Positions 26,320 to 38,569 of a DNA stretch of 64,000 nucleotides are shown here, piece by piece. The notes under the pieces were generated by a model. That model searched no databases, was not told the DNA's origin, and saw only the letters and a program-made list of their open reading frames with translations. This DNA comes from Lama glama (taxonomy: Eukaryota). The position numbers and the translations under genes are program-made. The stretch covers positions 82,772,001 through 82,836,000 of the forward strand of contig CM052816.1 of the NCBI GenBank assembly GCA_028534125.1, written 5' to 3'. Numbering within the stretch: position 1 is the stretch's first letter; each line of letters starts with the position of its first letter.

Positions 26320-28075
26320 GAGATTGTATAGACTGATTCTTTTTATTTAAAATTGTTCTAAAATTAAGTGCAATTAGATATGAATCAGAAATGAGATATG
26401 AATATGATTATTAGAATGTAAGGACGTGATATCTACCATTGTACCCTGTATTCTGTTTGTCTTAGACAATTTTATTCCTCTTTCCTCTTACTGCCTTCTT
26501 TGGAGTTAAATAAATATTAAAAAAATTTTTTTTAATTCACAGCATTTGCAACATATTGTATTATTTCTTTAGAGAGAGTCCTAAAGATTCCAAACAAAAT
26601 ATATTTTTAACCTTCAAAGTCTATATAAAGCTAACATTGAACCAGTTTACTGAAAAATGTAAGAGTCTTGCAGTTAAAAGTTTAATTTACTCATCTCTTC
26701 CCTTATTTTATGGTATGGTTGTCATATGCATGGTAATTACATACATTAAAAACTGCACAAAACTATGCTGTTCCTTTGGCATTGAACACTTACATAGATT
26801 TTAAGGAAACAATGAAAAATAGGGTCTATTTTTATATTTATTAATATAGTTATCATTTGTAGTACACATTTTCTTCCTAAGGATTTGAATTTTCATCTGA
26901 TGCTATTTCCTTTCAACCTAAAGATTTTCTTTTATTATTTCCTGTAGTGCAACTCTGATGGAAAAAAATTCTCTTAGTTTTATTTTATATGAAATATCTT
27001 TATTTTATCTTTGTAATTGAAGGTCATTTTCACTGGACACAGAATTCTTGAAATAGTCTTTTTAATTGTTTCTGCCAACAAGACAAATGTCATTTGTATC
27101 CTGGATCCATTGAATTTAATGTGTTGTTTGTCTTCCTTTGCCTGCTTTCAAGATTTTCTTTTTCTTTTTGGTTTTTGTCAATTTGACTGAACTGCCTATA
27201 TGTCATTTTCTCTGTATTTATCTGCTCAGAGTTTGCTGATTTCCCTGAATCTTTTAAATTACAATGTTTCCCCAAGTTTGGGAGATTTTTGGCCATCTGT
27301 CTTTAAATATATTTTTCAGATCCATTTTATCCTTTTCTTCTGGTAATTTATTCCTGTTACACTATTATCAAACCTTTGATATTGTCTTAAAGTTACTGAT
27401 ACTCAATTAATTTTTTTCAAATTAAAACATTTTTTTCTTCTCTACTTACTTAATTATTTTATTGACTAAATGTATTAACTATTTATTCTGTTAGGTTCAG
27501 TCTCTATTTAAGTCCACATATTTACTTTTTCATACCAGATATTTCTCCTATAATTTTCATTTGTTTTTTTTAAATAGTTTTTACTTCTCTGCAGGGATTC
27601 CCTTTACAGTTATTAATTGTGACAATGTTTAACATTTTATTCAGTCTAATAGTGGCCACTTTAAAATACTTATTAGTCAATTCCACATATGGATTGTCTC
27701 ATGGTAAAGCTTCCTTAATGTCATTTCCCCTTAATATGGGTCACATTTTTTCATTATTAATGTCAATTAAATTTGGTTTGCATTCCCAAATTTGTAAGTA
27801 ATATTATGTAAAGACTGGATTTCCTTTAGTTTGTCTATAAGGTATCGTTTTGTTTTCTTTTGTAGAGATTACCTTGGCTGGATTCAGACTACAAATCTGT
27901 GCCCCTCAAAAGGACAGAAGCTGGAATGTCTCTTCAGTTATTTTCAGCCTTAGCCTTAGACAACCTGCTTCTTGTCTGCCCAGTGTATACCTTGCTTAGG
28001 GGTCAGCTGGAATTTAGAAAGGATTTATATGCAGAATCTCCTTCTCTGTAACAAAATTATCTTTATGAAATATTC

Positions 28076-28567
28076 TGTTTTATTTTTCTGCTGCTGCTAC
28101 AACAAACTACCACAAATTTGTAGCTTAAATACAAATTTATTATCTTACAGTTCTGTAGGTCGGAAGCTAACAGGGTAACACTGGATAAAATAAGAATGTT
28201 GGCAGGACTGAGTTCCTTTCCAGAATCTCTAGAGGAAGAACCAAATTTCAAGCCTTTTCCAATTTCTGGAGGCTGCTTACATTCCTTCACCTGTGGCTCC
28301 CTTCCTTCATTTTCAAAGTTACCATTGTTGTATCTGTCTGATTCTTATTTTATACTCACATGTCTCTCTGACCATCGTCAGGAAAGGCTCTCCACTTTGA
28401 CTCATGTGATAGGTTTGGGCTCATCTGGATAATCCAGGGTGATCTTCCATCTCAAGGTTCTTAATTACATCTACAAATCCTTTCTGCTATGTAATGTAGC
28501 ATATCTGTAGGTCCAAGGGAACTGGATGAGGATATTTTAAAGAGGGGTCATTATTATAGCTACTATA
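28076..28567 (-). mobile_element. MLT1C/D-like MaLR solo LTR
   Basis: 'gctgctacaacaaactaccacaaatttgtagcttaaa...tttattatcttacagttctgtaggtcggaag', 'ctggataatccagggtgatcttccatctcaag'. Confidence 0.88.
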
Positions 28568-28680
28568 CTACACTATCCCACATACATTTGACAAAGTAAT
28601 GTAGAAACTCCCTCATCAAGAGGTGAGAATCTAAATTCCCTCCTCTTAAATCTGGGCAGGCCTATAACTCACATGGAAGT

Positions 28681-29413
28681 TGTGGTAGGTAGTTCTATAT
28701 GTCAACTTGACTGGGATAAAGGATGCCTAGAGACAGCTGGTAAACATTATTTCTGGTTGTATCTATAAGGGCACTTCTGAGAAGAGATTAGCATCTGAAT
28801 CAGTAGACAGTAAAGAGGATTGTTCTCACTAGTTTCAATATCTAGACATCACTTATCAGTTCTCAATTCCTTTTTTTTTTACTTAATTAACATTTATACC
28901 ATTATTCTTGCCCACAATGGCTAAAGATAATGAATATACTGATTTTTAACAAGATATCATGATTCCAAAATCTTACCTGGAATTAATTTACAAATTTTCA
29001 TAAGGTCAGCCTGAATTTTGGGTATGAGGTACCAAGAAACAACTCTAAACTCTAAATGGAGTTTAAAATGAATAAATGTATCTTTGAAATGGTATGGCTA
29101 TTCACATTGAAACTAGGACCCAGTGAATGTCTGTTTAGTGGGCATCATCCAATTTGTGGTGGGTTTTCATAGAACAAAAATGCAGAGGATGCACAAACTT
29201 TCTGGGTGAGCTGTGATATCCATCTTCTGCCCTTGGAGAGTAGTATTGCTCCTGATTCTGCAGACGGCAGACTCAGACCAAATCACTGGCTTTCTTGGTT
29301 CTCCAGCTTGCAGGCAACAGATCTTGGAACTGGGATCATTGGATGAGCCAATTTCTGTAATAAATCTCTTCCCATATACAATTGGTTCCCTTTCTCTGGA
29401 GAAACCTAATACA
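28681..29413 (+). mobile_element. MLT2B-like ERVL solo LTR containing a ~288-bp insertion
   Basis: TG...CA termini; perfect 5-bp TSD GAAGT (28676-80, 29414-18); 'tatgtcaacttgactggg', 'gtgggcatcatccaat', 'tctccagcttgcaggcaacagatc', 'tctctggagaaacctaataca'. Confidence 0.92.
28829..29116. mobile_element. Unassigned 288-bp repeat, copy 2, with 11-bp perfect terminal inverted repeat (putative MITE)
   Basis: CTAGTTTCAAT (28829-39) and ATTGAAACTAG (29106-16); interrupts the MLT2 LTR; homologous to 26033-26319. Confidence 0.75.
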
Positions 29414-32060
29414 GAAGTGATACTATGTAATGGCCAAGGGTAGGTAGTAAAAAGTCATAGAGTTTTCACCTAATTTCCCCCCTCAGAATGCTTCTAATTG
29501 GGACAAACCACCATATTCTGAGGGTATGTGTTTTGGACTGAGTTCCAGTTGAGATCTCCATTGGCATCTAGCATCAATCAATAGTTGTGCAAGTGTGCAA
29601 GTGTGCAAGTGATAGTCTTTGAGATGACATTAATCCCAGACACCACCTAACTGCAACTGTATGAGAGACCTCCAGGGACAGTTGCTTAGTCAAGCCTTAG
29701 AACTGTGAAAGACAAAATTTAATTATTTTTGTTGTTTTAAAATATTAAGTTATGGTTATATTTATAATTCAACAACAGATAACTAACACTCTCTCAGGTT
29801 CTGTTCTTTCTGGCTTTCTTCCCTTAGATTCTAGCTGTTCTGTTTACCCTAAACCCTGCTAACTAGTTCTTCAAGTTAGTAAAACTGCAGGTTTCTATGC
29901 AGTTTTAGCTGCTCTCCATGGTGCCCACTGCAGCCTGCTTTCATGTCAGAAGCCATGACCCATCAAGTGTCATTCCTGTCTTTCAAGTGTAAAACCTTCT
30001 CCAGATTCTGCCTATGTTTTGTTCATTTTCCAGTAGCTTCAGGTAGTTGTTTTGGTTGTGGTTTTATGTAGAATTCAAAGTTGTTGCCCATGTCCAAGAC
30101 AAGTATCTATGTCATTGCCAGAAGGAGAGCCACCAATCTCAATAGATTTCTGAACATACTTATTTGTCAACTATTTTAGATTATTTTAAATATACAAAGA
30201 AGTGTATCTTCTAATATACCTTACACATATATAGCCTCCATTTCAGTTTATCAAGTCTTAACAGGTTTATTAAGTCCAAATTGTGTTGACATACTTCAGA
30301 TTTTCTTTATTTATTCTTAAGAAATTATCAAGGAGACATTTGAATCTGTGTACCCCCATCTCTGACCCGACTTGCATTTCTAGCATAAATCCTATATAGT
30401 ACATTTAGAATGATACAGTGTTAGATTAAAACTGTTAGTATTCTATTAGGAATTATTCATTAATATTTATAAATGAGAAAAACTTTTAATTTTACCTGTA
30501 TGTATGTATAACTAATTGGGTTGTTACAAAACAGATGGTAGATTTAAAATGAATTAAATGGTTTCCATTTTTTTCTGAAAATTATCTCTTTACAAAGATT
30601 TAAGTAAATACTAATTAATTTTTCCTGAGAGAGCTAATAGAACATGACTTAGAATCTGCTTTGGTTAGGTGCTACTTTAGTTGGTACATTAAATTTCCAT
30701 TTCAACTGTTTTCTATCCATTTTTGTATATTGCTGTTTATTTAAAATATGGATATCTTATCCACAGATTATTTTTAAATGTTTTCTTTATTTACTAAGTA
30801 TTTGTTGAGTCTCTAGTTTTTTCTTTTATTATTTATTTTTCCACTTTGATCAGATATTAGCTCTAAATTATATTAATCTTTTAAAATTCATTGAGATTTG
30901 TTTCAGCATGTGTTCTAGCTTGATGAATGTTCCACGTGCCTTTGAAAAGAGAATGCATTCTCTTCTTGTTGGTTGTTGAGTGGAGTTTCCTATAAATATC
31001 AAAATGTTAAGCTTTTTGATAGTGTTTTCCAAGTCCTTTATATTCATACTGATTTTTGTGAGTAATTTTTGTATCAATGAGATAATGAGACTAGTGAGTA
31101 TTGACATCTCCAAGTATTAATTTTGTTTATTTCTCCTTTCACTTCTTTTGAGTTTTTGCTTCTGTGAATTTAGAAGCTCAATTATTGGAGACATATATAT
31201 TTAGGACTGTTATAGTTGCTTGCTGAATTGACCCTTCTATCACTGTGAAGTGTCCTCTTTATCTCTGGTAATACATTTTCTTGTGACATCTATTTTGAAC
31301 GATGCTATATAGCCACTTTAGATTTCTTCTGTTTAATGTTTGTGTGGTATAAATTTTCCATTATTCATTTTTAACCTATGCTCTTTTTATACAAACACTG
31401 GTTTCTTATAGACAGCATATAGTTAATTCTTACTTTTTAATTCAAAAAGTCAATATATACTTTTAAATAAGAATTTTCAGTCCATTTTAATCTAAAAAGA
31501 TTATCAATATGGTTCTTTTGAACTCTGCCATTCCCAACATTTATTTTCCATTTGCTCCCCCTAGTCTCTCTTAGTTGTTTCTTCTTTTCTAGCCTATTTT
31601 GGATTAGATATTTTGGAATAATTGAGTATTTTTTGATCAACAGTCTTAATATTTTATCTTATCTCCAGGAGAGTTTACTAGCTATAGTGTTTTGATCATT
31701 GTAATTGTTTTTTTTTAGTAGTTAGTCCCATGTTTAAAATATGCATTTTTAACTTGTCATAGTATTCCTTCAAATACTATTATGCCAATTTATGTCTAAT
31801 GTAAAAATCTTACATCAATATATTTCCATTTTATTCTCTCTTCCTTATGCTATTCATTTAATAGAAATTTAAGTTGCATACGTATTATAACTCCTATAAT
31901 ACACTGTTATTTTAAAACTTATTTTCAAAAGTAATTACCTTAAAAATTAAGTTAAATGATAATTTTCATGTATTTACTTTCACATTTACTATTTATGATA
32001 CTGTATAATATATATATATATACACCTTTATAAATATATATTTATGTTTTCTCCTGCTAT

Positions 32061-33079
32061 TATTTTTTTATTAAGTTATAATTTATATACAAAGAACTGG
32101 ATATATTTAATGTGTAAAGTTTGATGATTTTGGACATGCAAATACCTATGATACCATCACCACAATCTAGGTAATTGACATATCAAACTCCTCCCAGAGT
32201 TTCCTTCTTTCCCTTCCTTATTTTTGTTTTTGGGTTTTTTTGGTGTGTGTATGTGGGGTAAGAACACTTAACATGAGATCTAGCTACACTCTTAACAAAT
32301 TTTGAACCGCACAATACTATAATGGTAATTATAGATATTATATTGTATGGCAGATTTATAGAACTTATTCATTCAGCATAACTAAAACTTCATAGCCACT
32401 GAATAGCAACACCCCATTCCCCTCAGTCCTCAGCCCCTGACAACCACTGTTGTATTATCTGCTTCTATGAGTTTCACTATTTTAATACCCTTATAAGTGG
32501 AATCATGCAGTATTTGTCCTACTGTACCTGACTTATTTCACTTAGGATGATGTCCTCCAGGTTTATCTATGTTGTCACAAATGGCAGGATTTCCACCTTT
32601 TTAAAAGGCTAAATGACATCTCCATTATATGAATATACCACATTTTACTTATATATTCATCAGTTAATGGATATTTAGATTGCTAAAGCTATAGTAATTA
32701 AAGCAGTATGACACTGGCATAAAGACAGACATGTAGACCACTGAAAAGAATATAGAGCCCAGAAATAAACCTGTGCATATATGATCAACTGATCTTTTTG
32801 CCACACTCTCACAATGGAGAAAAGATAGTTTCTTCAACAAATGGAATTAGGAAAATTGAGTATCACATGCAAAAAAGTGGAATTGGACATATATCACACA
32901 TAAAAATAAATGCAAAATGAATTAAAGACATAAACATAAGACCTGAAACTATAAAACTCCTAGAAGAAAACATAGAGGAAAATCTTGATATTGGTCTAGG
33001 CAATGGGTTTTGAATATGACACTCAAAGTACAGGCATCAAAAGCAAATACAGCAAGTGAGGCTACACCAAATGAAAAAT
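32061..33079 (-). mobile_element. L1MA-type insertion with 5' inversion: antisense 3' end (32061-32684) joined to a sense ORF2 fragment (32685-33079)
   Basis: Left part 'taagtggaatcatgcagtatttgtc...gacttatttcacttag' is the antisense L1 3' end; right part 'aaagctatagtaattaaagcagtatg...gagcccagaaataaacc...ataaaactcctagaagaaaacatag' is sense ORF2 and aligns by eye with 4525-4865. Confidence 0.88.
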
Positions 33080-33863
33080 AATTTTTCATTTTAGATAGTG
33101 AATTTGGATCATTTTTTTATATCTTCCCTTTCTCTCTTCATTATCTTCAGGTATTTCTTTAAAATCTTGATTTTACTTTTAATATCTGTTTTATTGTATT
33201 TGTCTGCTTATTCTACCTTCTCCATCATTCTAGGATTTCTTTCTATTCTACTGGTTATTTTTCACATTTAACTAAGTCTTAGCATATCTAGTAACTTATT
33301 AGTGTTGAATGTGAACCACTTAGACTTTCTTTTAATAAGTGTTTGGCTCCTTTTTCTGGTTGGCTGTTGAGTTACCTTCAGTTCTGTATGATCATTATAC
33401 AGCTTAATTTAACATTTCATTAAGATTGTCTAAAATAGCACTGACTCTCTGAGTAATTTATCTCTCTTACTTAGATATGACCCTTCTGGAGTTTCAAGTA
33501 AATGTTGTATTTGATTACTGAAGACTCTGATCTGGGGTGGATAGAAATGATTCCCAGCCCTCTGTGACCCCTGGAACAGTTTGGCTCTTAGCTAGTCAGT
33601 CACGCTATAGAATCACTTTATGATGTTTGACCCTATACACGAATAACTTAGTATTCAATAAAGATTCAAGGGAATACAAGCTTTTGAAGCTCTCTTCTTG
33701 ACTATTTTCTTCTCTTCAGGATCCTATTTCAACACCTCCAGCCATATCCATGAACTTTGATCTGTCTCTCCCCAACTGAGTAAGACTGGTACACTTTATT
33801 GATCTTTCCTGCCCCATGGTTCAGAATGTGCCTCCCAGCATGAAGCCTGGATAGTCCGAGGGC

Positions 33864-33939
33864 TCAGTATCACAGCCTTGTGCTCCTATCAGTATCACAG
33901 CCTTGTGCTTCTCTCAGTATCACAGCCTTGTGATCCCTA
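33864..33939. repeat. Minisatellite, 3 x ~25 bp (TCAGTATCACAGCCTTGTG core)
   Basis: Units start at 33864, 33889 and 33914; the first 19 bp are identical in all three. Confidence 0.95.
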
Positions 33940-36339
33940 TTGTCCATGGTCTAAAAACAGCTAAGTGTATTCTGTCCAATTTTCTAGATGTTTAAGATAG
34001 GAGGCCAAATTCAGTTCCTCTTACTCCATCATTGCCAAAATGGGAAGGAGAAAAGGTAAACAGACGTATTTATTCTACTCACAATTAAGTAATCTTAGTC
34101 TTTCCAGTTTCAAAATATAAAACTCATGAATATAACAAATGATCATGATAAATTTCAGGATATAAAATAATGTTATATGTTCTTGAAATCAAACAACCCA
34201 ATTTAAAATTAGGATATCTGTGAATCTGAATATTTCATCTACTAGATAAATACAAGCATGTCAGTGCAAACATATGCTTTTATTCTGTGAAATTCATGTT
34301 TTATTCTGTTATTTCTAAGGATGCAGGTCAACCTCAGGCTATTTAGAAAAATGTTCAGTGAGATGCAACTAAAGTTTTCATTTCTTCCATCTGATAGTTT
34401 TAGAGAATTGCATACATCAACTGGCAATTTTCTTATTGTCTAAACACAATCCAATTATTTAAACAAGCAGCAAAATTAAATAAAATATGTTTCATTAAAA
34501 GATTCACTTGAGAAATCAACAATTTAAAATTTTTATCTGTCAAATAAGATACAGAATATCACACCCTTTAGAAAACTCTTGCGACTATAAAATAATTAAC
34601 TGTGAGGTTTAAAACAATATTGACCACATAACATTAATTTGCCCATTAACATACAAGTGTAATTACTTGTATGTTGTTCTAAGAGAGCACACTTTCAAAC
34701 ATGTAAACTGTACTCTAGTCACTGAATAATAAAAATAGGCTAATTTAGATAGGTTAATTTTTCTTCATTAATGCATAATTGTGATATTTAAAGACCTGCT
34801 ACTGAGCTGTTTCAGATATCAACTTGGGGAGAAAATGCTGAAACCTCACATGTTAGTGACATATTTGTATTACACAAAATAAATCTAATCTTTTTAAAAG
34901 AGCTGTCAAATGTTTAAAGAGAAATATTTGATATGAATTTAAGTCAATGTACATGATTCCAATATCCATTTGATGATTAAGAAAAATACACTTTTAGCAC
35001 TTACTTTATTAAATGATCTAATCATTTTTATTGTATTAGAAGCACAGGACCTTTCACTGTCTTTCCCTCCTCACTTCTCCAGACTTTTATTAGTAATTTA
35101 GTATTCCCTTTCACACTTTGTCTTTCATTGAACCATTTGGTCTCACTCCTTTCACACTCCCCCACTCTTCTAAGAAATATACCCTACTGCTCAATCATGC
35201 TTGAGCCTTCTGGTAAAGAACTGTTATTTTAATTAGGAAGTATTCTATTAGAAACAATAACCTTCAACTCTTTTGATTTGAATAATAGATTTTTAAAAAA
35301 TTAACATAGTTGTTGTTAGTCCCTTGGTAGATGTTATGGTTGACTGACTCATCATTTCTGCCTACTATCTGCCTACTATCATCTGTTCACTTTTATTCCA
35401 CAATGATGAACATCGGCTACAGCATTTTCAAGTATAACACATGCAAGGCACTTCACTTTCTTGGATCTCTTTTGAGGAGATGGAAAACTTTTCCTAAAAG
35501 CACCCAGAAATTCTTGCTATCTGTGTCAAGACTTGGTTTACAAGTCCATTGCTAATTCTAGTTTTGTTGTCCAGGCTTGAATTATGGTTACTGGATCCAA
35601 TCAATCACTGGAGATGAACTGGATACTATGAAAACTTCTGTGGCTATCACTCTGTCCATCATTAAGTGACAGGCATGGAAAGTGAAAATGTATAGAATTT
35701 AATTTAGGAGAATTAAAATCATACATGCTCTAGTGGTTGTAGGGGTGGTGGGGAGAGGGAATGTGTCTGTGTAGGGGGGAGATGGGGAATGGGGAGAAAA
35801 CTGTAATCGTATTTTGACTTGACTGTTGACTAGATTAATTTTGTAATTTGGAAGAAGAGAAGAATATTATCGGGCAGTTATGGTATAGGAGAGCAGAAAA
35901 AGTATAGAAATAAAATTGTAAGAAGTTTGGTTGTGGTTTGTATTTGGCTGTTGCTTATACTTGGAGTAAGTATTTCTGTGATATTCTAGAGACACTTTTA
36001 AAAACTACCCTAAAATTTTGTTGAGATGTTATTTTGTTGAGGTGAGTATCAACAAAACATGCTTTTAATTTGTTTGTCATCCAAAGTTGCTTTTCTTGAA
36101 ATAGTAATGATTAGTAAAGAAAATGAAAAAATAATTAGTAAGTTAATCACATCTGCGAAAGTTTTCTACTTCATATTAAAGGCAAGTCTTTAAAATATTC
36201 ATTTGCTACAATTTTATATTCCTGAGTTTGTGAATTAAAATGATATAAAAGAAAATTTGTACAGCAGCTTTAGGAAGTATGACATTTTGCCACTGGATGC
36301 ATCATTAATGTCTATGACTCAAAGTAAGAAAGTCAAATT

Positions 36340-36900
36340 ATCTCATATGCCTAGAAGTTAAATTCCTGGGTCAGAGAGTAGATATGTGTTCAGGTTTATT
36401 AGAAACTGTCAAACAGTTTTTCCAAATAATTAAACAAATTTACATTTTCATCAGCAATGTAAGAGTTCCAGTTGTTCCCAATTCTCACCAACATCTGGTA
36501 TCATCTCCTTTTTAGATTTTGGCCATACTGGTGCTCAATAATATTATCTCACTGTGTTTATCATTGCATATCTCAGATTTAATGATGTTGAAGAAGCATT
36601 TCATGTACTCACAGACCATCAGGTATCTTCTTTTATGACATGCTTGTTTAAGAGTTTGCCCATTTTTTAATTAGGTTATTTGTCTTCTTCTTACTGATTA
36701 TGCCTAATTAAAGATTGTGAAGATATTTTCCTAAGCTTACTCCTAAAAGCTTTATAGTTTGACCCTCACATTTCTGTCTCTGATCTGTTACACATTTTTA
36801 TACATTATCCAAAGTAGATATAATGGTTCTTTTTTTCTATACATTTATTCACAGTTTTCTTCAGCACTGTTTCTGCAAAGCATTCCATACTCAACATTGA
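36340..36900 (-). mobile_element. Old L1 (L1MB/ME-type) ORF2 3' fragment
   Basis: 'gaaactgtcaaacagttttcc...catcagcaatgtaagagttccagttgttcccaattctcaccaacatctggtat', 'aatgatgttgaag'. Confidence 0.8.
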
Positions 36901-36949
36901 ATATATGATTAAAAGTTACCAAACTTGTTTTTAAAAATATAGGTTAAGG

Positions 36950-38480
36950 TTGTGCATGACTTACAACAATAGAAGCTGAGATGAGCCAAATTTCGGGGTT
37001 AGCGGAATAAGGTTTAAAATAGCCCTGTTCAATATATTCTAACACTTCAAGGAAAATATAATTGTGATAAATTATGTGAAGAATAATAGGTGAAAAGAGA
37101 AATGTAAGAAGTGCAAATCAAAATACAGGAAATGAAATGTTCCTAGAATGGTCTTAATTGCAGATTGATGACAGTGAATATAGCTTCAGTAAAACTGAAG
37201 GCAGATCAACAGGTATTTTTCAATCTGAAGAATACTGAGTAAAAAGTTTTTTTTAAAAAAGGTGCAGGCAGTAAGTGAAGTATAATATCAAACAAAAGGA
37301 CAACAGGGTAGAAAATATTTTTGAAGAAATAATGACCTTTCTTTACAAAATTAAATAAAGTACAAAAACATACAGAGCCATGAATCTCAGCAAACTCAAA
37401 TGAGTGTAAATACAAAAAAAGCAAGGGGGCATCACAGTCATATGCTAAAAGGCAGAGAAAATAGAGAATGCTGAATGCACAGAGAAAAGGAAATTTCCAA
37501 TCAGGGAAACATTGATAGACATGATATCTAAAAGTCTCATCATAAACAAGAGAGGCCAGAAGACAATGCATTAACATCTTATAAGCAATGAACACCAATT
37601 TTATAAATTTCATCAATCCTGAACTTGATACCCAGTGAAAATTTATCCAGAAATGAATGCAAAATAGAGACAAGTTTAGATATACTTTTAAGTGACAGAA
37701 TTATATTCTGTGGTAGGCAGAATTATGACTCCACACTCTAATCATGGGGATTTTGAAATGTTACCTTACAGGGAAGATGGGACTTTTGCTGATTTTAAAA
37801 TCAGGAGATTATTTTGGATTAACTGGGTGCTCCCGTGAAATCACATGAGCTTTTAAGAGTAGAGGAGGAAGGCAGAGGGGATATCAGCAGGATTCAAACA
37901 ATAGAAGGATTCAATACCTGCCTGCTGCTTTAAAGATGAAAAGGGTTACGTGAACGGACCAGAGAGAAATCTCTCGTAGCTGAGAATGAAGGAGGGCATC
38001 AGTCTTGAGGAACTGGATTCTGCATGAATTTGGAAGTAGGTATTTGCTTTGAACCTCCAGAGAAGAGCATAGCCTGGCAGACACCTGGATATTGGCCTTG
38101 TTAGACTCTACAGAGAATCTAGACAAGCCTACTTGGCCTTCTGACCTCCAGAAATGAGAAAATAAATGAGTGCTGCTTGAAGCAACTAAGTTTGTGACAA
38201 TTTGATACAGCAGCAATAGAAAATCAATATAATGCCAAAGAGAACTGCATTACAAGGAATATTAAAAGTAGCTCTTCAAGCTGAAGTAATATCTGATCTG
38301 AACCCAGATTTACAGAAAGTAATAAAGAGACCTAGAAATGGTGAATCCGTGGGAAAATACAGAGAAGGACTTTTAAGCTTTAATTTCTTTAAATGACAAC
38401 GTACTGTTTAAATCAAAATTATAAATTGTATGTGGGGTTTATAAAGAATACATATGTAAAATACACTGTAAGTTACATTG
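36950..38480 (+). mobile_element. Ancient L1M ORF1 region, split by an MLT1 LTR
   Basis: 'aaaatatttttgaagaaataatgac', 'gaggccagaagacaatg', 'atacccagtgaaaatttatcc', and after the LTR 'gaactgcattacaaggaatattaaaagtagctcttcaagctgaag'. Confidence 0.7.
37709..38231 (+). mobile_element. MLT1D-like MaLR solo LTR
   Basis: Starts TGTGGTAGGCAGAAT; 'ggagattattttggatta', 'ttctgacctccagaa', ends 'cagcagcaatagaaaatcaatata'. Confidence 0.9.
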
Positions 38481-38569
38481 AGAATGGAGTAGAACATGTT
38501 ATACCACTGGAAGAGGAATTCAATCTCTTTTTATTTCTTCATTATTATAATTTGCAGAATTATATCTCC

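Larger units (their letters stand above)
28047..29788 (+). mobile_element. MLT1G/H-like MaLR solo LTR hosting two later LTR insertions
   Basis: Begins TGTAACA, ends AGATAACTAACA; near-TSD TTCTC (28042-46) / CTCTC (29789-93); pieces 28047-28075, ~28568-28680 and 29414-29788 read as one continuous MLT1 LTR. Confidence 0.75.
26420..30130 (-). mobile_element. Ancient L1M 5'/ORF1 region, split by nested LTR insertions (L1 parts ~26420-28046 and ~29789-30130)
   Basis: T-rich; ORF 27090..27296(-) MAKNLPNLGK... resembles L1 ORF1p (MAENFPNL); 'ttttcactggacacagaattcttg'; L1 5' sequence resumes after 29788. Confidence 0.8.
30600..34050 (-). mobile_element. Ancient L1M (EN remnant, inter-ORF and 5' region), interrupted at ~32061-33079
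   Basis: ORF 30868..31113(-) has L1 endonuclease motifs (DLENTI, ILFSKARGTFIKLEHML); 'cttgctgaattgacccttctatcac', 'tttcttatagacagcatatagtt'. Confidence 0.85.

Noticed and set aside
29586..29611. (TGTGCAAG)3 short tandem
   Set aside because: Ordinary slippage expansion inside an MLT1 LTR
33864..33939. CRISPR-like repeat array
   Set aside because: Head-to-tail 25-bp tandem with only 6-7 variable bases, no unique spacers, no cas genes, mammalian context
35740..35796. G-quadruplex candidate
   Set aside because: Four G-tracts can only be joined with a ~14-nt loop, and the stretch resembles the G-rich part of an old L1 3' UTR
37206..37673. Longest ORF (155 aa, minus strand, hydrophobic)
   Set aside because: It is the antisense reading of an A-rich L1 ORF1 remnant; the F/L richness follows from T-rich codons
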